Below, piece after piece: positions 35,426 through 43,966 of a stretch of 58,973 nucleotides of DNA (positions within the stretch are counted from its first letter, which is position 1; each line of letters opens with the position of its first letter). The DNA lies in assembly GCA_011371305.1 (NCBI GenBank), contig DRQW01000009.1, positions 1 to 58,973 on the forward strand. Direction: 5' to 3'. The DNA is from Anaerolineae bacterium. Lineage in GTDB: Bacteria > Chloroflexota > Anaerolineae > J102. A program made the position numbers and the translations under genes. The notes under the pieces were generated by a model. That model was not told where the DNA came from and did not search any database. It saw only the letters and a program-made list of their open reading frames with translations.

Positions 35426-36175
35426 TTAAATCTCCAGATCGTTGATTTGAATTTCCAGCTTGGGGTGGATAAGCTTCAGCTTATAGTGGTCAGGAGAAAG
35501 GTCGGTGATAATAAAATTGCCCAGGTCATCCACTTTCGTTTCGGCCACACGGATATCATTTTGCCACAGTTCGATTTTGAAGAGCTCGGGGGAATCACCG
35601 CCGACCAATAGCCCTACCAGTTGATGTTTGCCAGGATGGTCTACATCTTCATAAAATTCCAGGGTCACCTGCAATTCGCCCGCATCGAAAAGCATGGGGC
35701 GTTGTGATCTTCCTCGCATGGGCCCCAGGGCAAATTGCACCCCCAGGCCCGGTCCGGCTCCCTTCGCGAAACGGTTGACCCATTGGGCCACGATGACTCG
35801 GACTCCTTCGCGCACAGCCTGGACGTGATCGCCGATGGAAGGCGCGCCATTAGGGTCGGGCATGATTGACTCCATGAACTGCTGTTGCCACGCGAGCTCC
35901 TGACTGCACAATGGACAATTTTCAACATGCTTGCGAAGCGCGCGCTGTTCCTTTCCGGTCAATAAGCCCAGGCCATACTCGGCCAAGGTGAGCGTCGGTG
36001 GGCATTCAACCCGGTCAAGCAAGGCACGCAGTCGACGATCCTGGATACGTAACGCCAACGCCCGTTGCCGACAGGCTTCGCAGTGATCAATGTGATCTTG
36101 ATGTGTCTGATCGCCGTCCAGCCATGCCAATAACTCAGCGTCAGAATAATGAGCACGAAGTGAATGTTCAGTCAT
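35426..36175 (-). CDS. Putative anti-sigma factor with two HxxxCxxC (zf-HC2/ZAS-like) motifs and no TM segment
   Basis: HIDHCEAC and HVENCPLC motifs. The C-terminal beta-rich domain (GNFIITDLSPDHYKLKL) looks like a carboxypeptidase-regulatory-like fold. Lies immediately downstream of the sigma gene. Confidence 0.65.
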   Translation of the reverse strand: MTEHSLRAHYSDAELLAWLDGDQTHQDHIDHCEACRQRALALRIQDRRLRALLDRVECPPTLTLAEYGLGLLTGKEQRALRKHVENCPLCSQELAWQQQFMESIMPDPNGAPSIGDHVQAVREGVRVIVAQWVNRFAKGAGPGLGVQFALGPMRGRSQRPMLFDAGELQVTLEFYEDVDHPGKHQLVGLLVGGDSPELFKIELWQNDIRVAETKVDDLGNFIITDLSPDHYKLKLIHPKLEIQINDLEI

Positions 36176-36231
36176 GATGGCAACCTTTATTTTATCTTAT
36201 AAACGCCTTACACGGGGATTTTTCGGCATTT

Positions 36232-36921
36232 TTAGGCTAGAAAATCGTGCAAATCTTTGTCACGACGAAGCCGCGCCAGGATGTTTTCCTTCACGCGATA
36301 AATCTCTCGGGCGTCCCGGAAAAGCTCGGGATGTTTTGCCAAAATTTCGCTGGGTTTCAGGCCCAAAACAAACATCTCATAGAGCACACGATGTTCTTGG
36401 GGCGTTTTCATCCGTTGCTGAATAGCTTGAAACGCCTGTTTGCAATAAATCCGGTGTTGAATCCGTTCTTCCATGCTTTGGGTTGGATTGGTTTTCATCT
36501 GGCGTTGTGCCTCACGGGCCTCGATATTGAGTAATTCGGCACGTTGCTGTCGCACGACGTCAAGAATGGCGCTATGAGTGCAGATTTGCAGATAACGGAG
36601 CACACTTTTGATGTCGTTGAAGTCCGCACACTTTTCCGGCGTGATCGCCTTCCACATGCGCGCAAATGCTCCATTCACAAAGGCATCTGCGTCCTCGCCG
36701 GTTTGATGAAACGCTGGGTGTTTCAGAACCCATCCTTTCACCAAAGGTGCATATAACTGATAGATCCATTCCCAAGCCTCTTCATCTTGATGGATGATGG
36801 CTAGCCTGAACAGCACCAAACAACTGTGGCAGGGATCTTGGCCACGCTCAAAAAAATGCTGCGTTTCGTGCGCACAACGCCGCGCCAGTTCTTCAGGTGA
36901 TTGGCGAGGGGATGATGACAT
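36232..36921 (-). CDS. RNA polymerase sigma-70 family factor (ECF-like)
   Basis: 229 aa. A region-2-like segment (AFARMWKAI...) and a region-4 HTH (EHRVLYEMFVLGLKPSEILAKHPELFRDAREIYRVKENILARLRR). Confidence 0.75.
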   Translation of the reverse strand: MSSSPRQSPEELARRCAHETQHFFERGQDPCHSCLVLFRLAIIHQDEEAWEWIYQLYAPLVKGWVLKHPAFHQTGEDADAFVNGAFARMWKAITPEKCADFNDIKSVLRYLQICTHSAILDVVRQQRAELLNIEAREAQRQMKTNPTQSMEERIQHRIYCKQAFQAIQQRMKTPQEHRVLYEMFVLGLKPSEILAKHPELFRDAREIYRVKENILARLRRDKDLHDFLA

Positions 36922-37135
36922 GATCTCTGGGGGCAGCGAGATGGTTTTGCCAAAAAGGTGGTGAATTTCTTTACAGTATATGATAGCCGGAGCCGGAAAA
37001 CAAATTATGGAAAAATTCTTCTATTCATGCCGGAAAAATCAAGATATCGTCGTTTATACGAATAAAAGGGGCATCAGCCAATATGGTGGACATATCTGGA
37101 TATTGTTGGCGAGAGGATCGGATGGTATGGGGTGC

Positions 37136-37250
37136 GGGACGATGAGGCGAGACATCGTCCCGGAACCTGGGCGGATGAGGCGAGACATCCGCCCAGGGCT
37201 TTTCAAGAGCGCCGATCGGAGAGGAGGGGAATTCCGGTCGGCGTTCTTTG
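37136..37250 (+). ncRNA. Candidate small RNA or cis-element: two tandem 9-bp hairpins with an identical loop, followed by a terminator-like hairpin
   Basis: GGGACGATG-AGGCGAGA-CATCGTCCC (37136-37161) and GGGCGGATG-AGGCGAGA-CATCCGCCC (37169-37194). Then CGCCGATCGG-14 nt-CCGGTCGGCG (37210-37243) followed by TTCTTTG. Confidence 0.4.
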
Positions 37251-37329
37251 TCGCGGTTGTTTTATATCACGTTAAAACCTGTTATACTTGGCTTTCGCGT
37301 TTACACTCCCCTTCCCGACAGCTATTTCC

Positions 37330-37917
37330 ATGCCCGAATCTCTGTCCTCCTCCTGCCCTTACCAACGCATTCACGTGGTGGGCGTCACCGGGTCGGGCAA
37401 GACTACGTTGGCCCGGGAACTCGCCGCTCGTTTACACGCCCCCCACATTGAACTTGATGCCTTGCATTGGGGCCCGGAGTGGACGCCTGCGCCCGATGAC
37501 ACGTTTCGCCAACACCTGCGCGAGGTCCTAGCAGGCGATTGCTGGGTTGTGGACGGTAATTACAGCAAAATGCGAGACATCGTCTGGGCCCAGGCCGATA
37601 CGGTCATTTGGCTGGATTACCCATTCGTTCTGGTTTTTTGGCGGCTAATTCGCCGCACATGGCGTCGGGTTTTCCTGCAACAGTCCTTGTGGAACGAAAA
37701 TCGCGAGGGGTGGCGTCAGGTATTCAGCCGCGATTCCATTTTCCTCTGGCAACTTCGCTCTTTTGGAAAAAAACGCCGGCATTACCTGGCCCTGATCCAA
37801 CAGCCCGAAAACGCTCATCTCGCATTCATCCATCTGACATCTCCCCAACAAACGACAACCTGGCTTCAGTCCACATTTCCTTCTGAAGAATGGCCAGGTG
37901 CCCTGATTCAAACATGA
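37330..37917 (+). CDS. P-loop NTPase, adenylate-kinase/FlaR (topology modulation)-like
   Basis: MPESLSSSCPYQRIHVVGVTGSGKTTLARELAARLHAPHIELDAL...WVVDGNYSKMRDIVW...DTVIWLDYP. Confidence 0.7.
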   Translation: MPESLSSSCPYQRIHVVGVTGSGKTTLARELAARLHAPHIELDALHWGPEWTPAPDDTFRQHLREVLAGDCWVVDGNYSKMRDIVWAQADTVIWLDYPFVLVFWRLIRRTWRRVFLQQSLWNENREGWRQVFSRDSIFLWQLRSFGKKRRHYLALIQQPENAHLAFIHLTSPQQTTTWLQSTFPSEEWPGALIQT

Positions 37918-37997
37918 TTTTCGGGGGAAGACGGCAACCGAGTTGTTTCAATGGAACCCATCGCCACTTTCCGAACGTCTCCCTACTATTCCCGACC

Positions 37998-38952
37998 ATG
38001 ATTCGACAACCTATTTCTCTTTTCCTCCTGCTGATCCTGACTGCAACGCTCATCGCCTGTGGTGCCAGCGCCACGCCCGAATCCACGCCTGCGCCCCCGC
38101 CCACCTGGACGCCCACGCCCATGTCGGTGCAGATGGCGAACGTGGATGCGACGCCCACGCCCACCGCGACCATGCCCCCGACCCCCACGGTCGCGACCAG
38201 CGAACCCACCCAACCGCCAACGGAACAACCCACCAACCCAGCACCTCCGTCCCCCACCAACACGCCCGCGCCTAAGGTGGCGAAAGCCATCGTCATCGCG
38301 CCCCAGGCCAATTTGCGCCTAGGCCCAGGCACCAGTCATCCCAAAGCTGGCGTGGTCAAACAGGGGGATGCATTCGTGGTTTTGGGCAAGAACCAGGCCG
38401 GGGATTGGTGGCAGGTTCAAGTCAATGGGCAACCGCTGTGGATCTTCGGCAATCTCGTGCGGGTGGAAAACCCCAACGTCGTGGCAGTGGCTGAAGCCAT
38501 TCCCACACCCCCCCCCGCCCCCCACAGCCACGCCCAAGCCCGCCGCGCCCGATCCCTGCGCGGGCATTGGCGGCGATGGCTGCAAATGGCGCATTCGTGG
38601 CGGACCCGCGTTCGCTCCCAATACCTTCGGCCTCAAACTCACCTTCGGCTTCGTTCATGGCGGCCGCGGGGACGAGCCCCAGGGCAGCTACTTCGTGTGG
38701 CTGGAGAAAAACGGCGTCAAGCTACCCATTCCCGACAGTGTGCGCAGTGTGGCTGGCGGTATGCGCAACGGGCCTAATGGCCCCTATAATTACGAATATA
38801 GTGTCGGCCTGAATGACATCCCCGACAAAAGGCTCGATGGCTGTTATGTGGGCTGGGTGCTCGACGGCAATGGCCAGCGGGACAGTCAGAATTTCGAATT
38901 TTGTGTGCCCGAAGGCCAGGGAGAAGTCTGGATTCTGTTTGATCAAAATTGA
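37998..38952 (+). pseudogene. Lipoprotein (lipobox, PT-rich linker, SH3b domain, Cys-containing C-terminal domain) interrupted by a +1 frame change in a C9 tract
   Basis: Frame 0 gives MIRQPISLFLLLILTATLIACGAS...[37 protein letters not shown]...AIPTPPP. After 38508-38516 the plausible protein continues in frame +1 ([25 protein letters not shown]...ILFDQN), while frame 0 becomes Arg-rich nonsense. Confidence 0.7.
38508..38523 (+). repeat. Homopolymer tract C9-G-C6
   Basis: Counted directly. This is the site of the frame change in the lipoprotein gene. Confidence 0.9.
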
Positions 38953-38990
38953 TCGAAGCATGTCGGGAGAGGAGCTCATCCTCCGAAATT

Positions 38991-39043
38991 GGAAGCCGGA
39001 AGACCGGGAGCCTGGCTCTTATTGACCGGCTTCCTTGTTTTTT
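38991..39043 (+). terminator. Possible intrinsic terminator after the lipoprotein gene
   Basis: GGAAGCCGG ... CCGGCTTCC followed by TTGTTTTTT. The loop is long (26 nt). Confidence 0.45.
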
Positions 39044-39158
39044 CGGATCCTGGGTTTCTCATTTTTCCCGCTTTTCGATTAAAATGATATGTTGACGCTT
39101 CCCCAAAAACCAAAAATCATATTTCTCAACCCTCGTCTTCATTACCCAAATTCAGCTT

Positions 39159-41858
39159 ATGCCTCCGAAGACCAGCGAAGCCATTCGCGAAGCTTTTCTC
39201 CGTTACTTCGAAGAGCAGGGCCACACGCGCGTGCCCAGCTCATCCCTCGTTCCTCACAACGATCCCACCCTTCTCCTGACCAACGCCGGGATGGTACAGT
39301 TCAAGGATGTGTTCCTGGGGTTGGAACAGCGGCCCTATAAGCGCGCGACCACGTGCCAGAAGTGCATGCGCGTCTCTGGCAAGCACAACGATCTGGAGAA
39401 CGTGGGGCCATCACCCCGGCATCACACCTTCTTTGAGATGCTGGGCAACTTTAGCTTCGGCGATTACTTCAAAGAGGGCGCGATCCGTTACGCCTACGAG
39501 TTCCTGGTGGATCGCATGGGCCTGGATCCGGATCGGCTCTATTACACGGTCCATGTCTCCGATGACGAAGCTTTCGACATCTGGACTAAGCAAATGGGTA
39601 TCGCGCCCGAGCGGGTCTATCGCATGGGCGATAAGACCAATTTCTGGGCCATGGGGGATGTTGGGCCCTGCGGCCCTACCAGCGAAATCCATTACGACTG
39701 GGGGCCCGAAGCCTGCACCTGCGGCGATCCCAATTGCTCCGTCGCCCTGGACAACGGTTGCGATCGTTGGCTGGAAATCTGGAATCTGGTGTTCATGCAG
39801 TTCAATCAAGACGCCAACGGCGTGCGCACCCCTCTGCCCAAACCGGGTGTGGATACGGGCATGGGGCTGGAACGCATCGTCAGTGTAGTCCAAAATACCC
39901 CCGTCAACTACGAAACCGATCTCTTCCTACCCATTATGGACCGGGTGCAAGAACTGACCGGCCACACGGACGCGCAGCGGGAAGCGCACATCGTTAGCTA
40001 TCGGGTCATTGCAGATCACAGCCGCGCGGCCGCGTTTCTCATCGCGGATGGCGTGCGGCCCGGGCCCGCGGGCCGGGGCTATGTGTTGCGCATGGTCATT
40101 CGGCGGGCGCATCGCTTTGGCCGCAAGATCGGCCTGACCGATCCCTTCCTGGCCCAGGTCACCGACGCGGTCGTGGACAAAATGGGGGAAGTCTATCCCG
40201 AACTTGTGGAGCGTCAGGAACTCATCCGTCGCACCGTCACCCTGGAAGAAGAGCAGTTCATCCACACTCTGGGGCGCGCGCTTCAGATCCTGGACGAAGC
40301 CCTGGCCGAGTTGCAGGCCAAGGGGGAACAGGTACTTCCGGGCAAGGTCGCTTTCGATCTCAAATCCACGTATGGCTTGCCTTTCGAAGTCACCCGAGAC
40401 ATCTGCAATGAACGCGGGTTTGAAGTGGATGAGGAGGGATATAGGGAGGCGGATCGCATCCATCGAGAGAAAAGTCAGGGCAAGATCAGCCAGGCTCAAT
40501 ATGCGGTGGGTGCCGAATTCTACGCAGCCCTGCTTCCCAACCTGGAAGGCAAGGGTTTACTCCCCCCCGAAGGTGTTCTCTACGATCCTTACACCAGCAC
40601 GACCCGCCGAACGCGTATTGCTGCTATCATTAAGGATGGCGAGCTGGTGGACCAGGCGCAAGCAGGAGAGCAGGTGGAGATCGTTCTGGCCGAGACGCCT
40701 TTTTATGTGGAGGCGGGTGGTCAGGTCAGCGATACAGGCGTCATCGAAGGCCCGCAGGGACGCGCTCAGGTGAAGGATGTGCGGCGGCCTGTCAGCAATA
40801 TGATCGTCCACGAAGCGGTCATCGAATCGGGTGAGTTGCGCGTGGATGATGAGGTGACCGCTGCAGTGGATGAGGAACGTCGCTGGGACATTATGCGCAA
40901 TCACACCGCCACCCATCTACTTCATCGGGCGTTGCGGATGCACCTGGGCGAACACGTCCATCAGGCGGGCTCCCTGGTCGCACCCGATCGGCTTCGCTTT
41001 GACTTCACCTACGATAGACCCCTCACGGAAGAGGACATCAAAAAGATCGAGGAAACGGTCAACGAGGCCATTCTGGCCGACTACCCAGTGCACATTCAGC
41101 ATAAATCGTTAGATGAAGCCCTAAGTGAAGGGGCGATGGCTTTGTTTGGGGAGAAGTACGGCGATGTGGTACGCACCGTCTCCCTGGGTGATGAACGATT
41201 CCATAGCTACGAGTTGTGTGGCGGCACCCATGTGCAACGCACCGCGGAGATCGGCCCTTTCCTCATCGTCAGCGAAGGTTCCACGGGCCGGGGCGTGCGC
41301 CGCATCGAGGCCTTGACCGGCCGCGAGGCCGTCCGCTATATCGAGGAACGGTTGGACATCCTGAACAGAGTGGCCCGCATTTTGAACACACCTGTGGACA
41401 ACCTGGTCCAGAAGGTGGCGGACTTGAAGGATCAGGTAAGTGAACTGCAGCGCGAGGTGCAGCGCCTGCGCCAGCGGATGCTTAGTCAACAGGCCCAGGC
41501 CATGGTGGATGCGGCTCGCGAGGTCGCGGGCCTGAAGGTATTGGCCCTGAGAGTGGATGCGACCAATGTGGATGAAATGCGCCGTCTGGCCGATGACCTG
41601 CGGAACAAGTTGGGCTCGGGCGTCGTCATCTTAGGTGCGGTCATCAATGATAAGCCTATGCTCATTGCCGCAGCCACCCCCGACGTGGTGGAAAAAGGCG
41701 TCCATGCCGGAAACATCGTCAAGGCGCTGGCGCCCATCATCGGCGGCGGTGGCGGTGGTCGGCCCAACATGGCCCAGGCCGGTGGTCGCGATGCCTCCAA
41801 GCTGCAAGATGCTCTGGACGTGGCCTACGATGTCGTTGCAGAGCAACTCAAGTCATAA
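39159..41858 (+). CDS. alaS: Alanine--tRNA ligase
   Basis: 899 aa: MPPKTSEAIREAFLRYFEEQGHTRVPSSSLVPHNDPTLLLTNAGMVQFK... plus the editing-domain HxxxH/CxxxH region (NHTATHLLH, ELCGGTH). Confidence 0.97.
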   Translation: MPPKTSEAIREAFLRYFEEQGHTRVPSSSLVPHNDPTLLLTNAGMVQFKDVFLGLEQRPYKRATTCQKCMRVSGKHNDLENVGPSPRHHTFFEMLGNFSFGDYFKEGAIRYAYEFLVDRMGLDPDRLYYTVHVSDDEAFDIWTKQMGIAPERVYRMGDKTNFWAMGDVGPCGPTSEIHYDWGPEACTCGDPNCSVALDNGCDRWLEIWNLVFMQFNQDANGVRTPLPKPGVDTGMGLERIVSVVQNTPVNYETDLFLPIMDRVQELTGHTDAQREAHIVSYRVIADHSRAAAFLIADGVRPGPAGRGYVLRMVIRRAHRFGRKIGLTDPFLAQVTDAVVDKMGEVYPELVERQELIRRTVTLEEEQFIHTLGRALQILDEALAELQAKGEQVLPGKVAFDLKSTYGLPFEVTRDICNERGFEVDEEGYREADRIHREKSQGKISQAQYAVGAEFYAALLPNLEGKGLLPPEGVLYDPYTSTTRRTRIAAIIKDGELVDQAQAGEQVEIVLAETPFYVEAGGQVSDTGVIEGPQGRAQVKDVRRPVSNMIVHEAVIESGELRVDDEVTAAVDEERRWDIMRNHTATHLLHRALRMHLGEHVHQAGSLVAPDRLRFDFTYDRPLTEEDIKKIEETVNEAILADYPVHIQHKSLDEALSEGAMALFGEKYGDVVRTVSLGDERFHSYELCGGTHVQRTAEIGPFLIVSEGSTGRGVRRIEALTGREAVRYIEERLDILNRVARILNTPVDNLVQKVADLKDQVSELQREVQRLRQRMLSQQAQAMVDAAREVAGLKVLALRVDATNVDEMRRLADDLRNKLGSGVVILGAVINDKPMLIAAATPDVVEKGVHAGNIVKALAPIIGGGGGGRPNMAQAGGRDASKLQDALDVAYDVVAEQLKS

Positions 41859-41861
41859 TCG

Positions 41862-43424
41862 ATGATCCATTTCATTTCCCTCGCTCCACCCGCGACCGTG
41901 GCCAAGGCCCGGCTCGCGATTTTTCGCGCAACCCTTGGATCCCGTCTGCTCTTCATCCTCCCCGAAGAGGCGGACAACTTCGCACATTTGCCGCGGCTCA
42001 AGGCCTTGCGCCAGGCCGCGGACGACGCGGGTGTGGAGATCGGCTTGGTGACCCGGGATAAGGACATTCGCTATTTTGCCAAAAAAGCCCGCATCCCTGT
42101 CTATCGCTCCGAGGTGGCCGCGCGGCGGCGCTGGCGTTGGCCCAAACCGGAGCCTCCCTTGCCCCCACCCCATAAATTCCGTCCTGCTTATATCCCGGCC
42201 CCGCCGGGCAGCGCGGCCTTACAGCGGGCGCCTGCCCTGGTCACGAAGCCGGGGGCAACCATCATCTGGGGCGAACCCCGGGCGAAGGCGGACCGCACCT
42301 GGCTGCGGGGCCTGGCCTATGTGGGATTTATCGGCATCATTGCACTTATCCTCTGGGGCCTCACCTGGTATCTTCTGCCTCAGGCCACGGTGATCCTCGT
42401 GCCCGCTCGGGAGACCGTGTATAGCTCGGTCGAGCTCGTGGCGCGCACGGGTATCGAGGAACCCGATGCCTTAAATAGATTGGTTCCTGCTCGGGTCGTG
42501 CAAGCCCGGGTGGAAGGTTATGGCACGACCCCGACCACCGGTGTGGATGATGCGCCCGTGGGCAAAGCCACCGGGGTCGTCACCTTTATTAACAAAACCG
42601 GGCGAGAGATCACTGTGCCCGAAGGAACGATTGTTCGTACCACCTTCGGTGAAAATGTGCGCTTTCGCACCCAGGAGGAGGTGAGCGTGCCGCCGGGCGT
42701 GGGCAAACAGGCACAGGCCCCTATCGAGGCCGTCAAGCCGGGGCTCATTGGCAACGTACCTGCCCTCACCATCAACGAAATCGAAGGCCCTCTCAACATC
42801 AGCCTGCGGGTGAGCAACCCCTTTAACACCGAAGGCGGTACTGTGGAGCGAGTAGCCGTGGTCACCCAGGCCGACAAGGATCGCCTGAAAAACGAACTGC
42901 TGGCTCAGCTCCAGCAACAAGCTTATCTCAAGCTGGGGGAGAACCTGCGCCCAGGGGAATATATCCCGCCTGAGACGGTGGAGACCTTCGTGCTGGCCGA
43001 GACTTACGATCGCTTCGCCGGCGAACACGCGGATGAACTGGGCCTCCAATTGCAATTGCTGGCTCGTGGCCTGGCCATCGATCTGGACAGTGCCCGGATG
43101 CTGTCTGAGCGCGCGTTGCGTGAGTCGGTGCCCGAGGGCCTCTTCTTGTTGGAGGAAACCATCCAAACAGGAGAGCCGCAATTCACTCTGTTTGATGATG
43201 AGTTTGTTCGCTTTACCATGACCGCGCGGGGAGAAGCCATCCGGCCCATCGATGCAGGTGAAGTGCGGGCCTTGGTCGCGGGCGCGTCCCTGAACGATGC
43301 CCCCGGGCTTCTCCAGGAAACCTTTGCGCTGGCACAGCCACCGGTCATCGTCATCGAGCCTGCCTGGATCAAGACCATGCCACACCTGCCATCCCGTATC
43401 ATTGTTCGGGTTTACAAAGAATGA
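41862..43424 (+). CDS. Hypothetical single-pass membrane protein (possibly a baseplate-J-like domain) inserted between alaS and ruvX
   Basis: 520 aa with a cytoplasmic N-terminal domain, a TM (GLAYVGFIGIIALILWGLTWYLL) and a large beta-rich C-terminal domain. Its stop overlaps the ruvX ATG (ATGA). Confidence 0.5.
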   Translation: MIHFISLAPPATVAKARLAIFRATLGSRLLFILPEEADNFAHLPRLKALRQAADDAGVEIGLVTRDKDIRYFAKKARIPVYRSEVAARRRWRWPKPEPPLPPPHKFRPAYIPAPPGSAALQRAPALVTKPGATIIWGEPRAKADRTWLRGLAYVGFIGIIALILWGLTWYLLPQATVILVPARETVYSSVELVARTGIEEPDALNRLVPARVVQARVEGYGTTPTTGVDDAPVGKATGVVTFINKTGREITVPEGTIVRTTFGENVRFRTQEEVSVPPGVGKQAQAPIEAVKPGLIGNVPALTINEIEGPLNISLRVSNPFNTEGGTVERVAVVTQADKDRLKNELLAQLQQQAYLKLGENLRPGEYIPPETVETFVLAETYDRFAGEHADELGLQLQLLARGLAIDLDSARMLSERALRESVPEGLFLLEETIQTGEPQFTLFDDEFVRFTMTARGEAIRPIDAGEVRALVAGASLNDAPGLLQETFALAQPPVIVIEPAWIKTMPHLPSRIIVRVYKE

Positions 43425-43855
43425 CCATCTGGCTGGCTCTCGATATCGGCGACAAGCGCATCGGCCTGGCTGCGGGGAGCGATGAGGCCCGTCTGGCTAG
43501 GCCATTACGTGTCATCACCCGTAGCAGCAAGGAGCGAGATTTCGAGGCCATCGCCCAGGCAGTGAAAGAAGTGGGTGCCGAGGCCCTGTTGGTTGGATTG
43601 CCCCTGAACATGGATGGTTCCGAAGGGCCTCAGGCCAAGCGGGTGCGCAAATTCGCCGAGCGGCTGCATCGTCGCCTGCATATACCCCTGCGCTATCACG
43701 ACGAACGCCTGTCTTCATTTGTCGCTGACCAGATCCTGGCCGAAAAACCACGCAAAAAGGCCCGACGTCAGCCCAATGATGCCGTTGCAGCCGCAGCCAT
43801 CTTACAGTCCTTCTTCGACGCGGGGGTGGTGGCATCTTCCATTCCCGAACACTAG
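43421..43855 (+). CDS. ruvX: Holliday junction resolvase-like nuclease RuvX/YqgF
   Basis: MTIWLALDIGDKRIGLAAGSDEARLARPLRVI...ALLVGLPLNMDGSEGPQAKRVRKFAERL. Confidence 0.9.
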   Translation: MTIWLALDIGDKRIGLAAGSDEARLARPLRVITRSSKERDFEAIAQAVKEVGAEALLVGLPLNMDGSEGPQAKRVRKFAERLHRRLHIPLRYHDERLSSFVADQILAEKPRKKARRQPNDAVAAAAILQSFFDAGVVASSIPEH

Positions 43856-43966
43856 ACACTTGTCATTCCTGGAACCGCCTTGATCTGCTCGGATTTGGCG
43901 GTCATCCAACCTGAGAATACTTCGCTGGCTAACAGCCATCTCATCAATTTGTCTGTATCAAACTGT

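Noticed and set aside
36980-37531. 183-aa plus-strand ORF spanning the tandem hairpins
   Set aside because: The translation (..GTMRRDIVPEPGRMRRDIRPG..) simply reads through the repeated hairpins. It overlaps out of frame with the well-supported P-loop gene starting at 37330, and there is no RBS.
38368-38952. 194-aa ORF treated as an independent gene from its listed Met
   Set aside because: Its N-terminal 45 residues overlap the SH3b domain coding frame and look like nonsense. Only the part after the C9 tract is protein-like and continues the upstream lipoprotein. It is therefore merged into one frameshifted gene.
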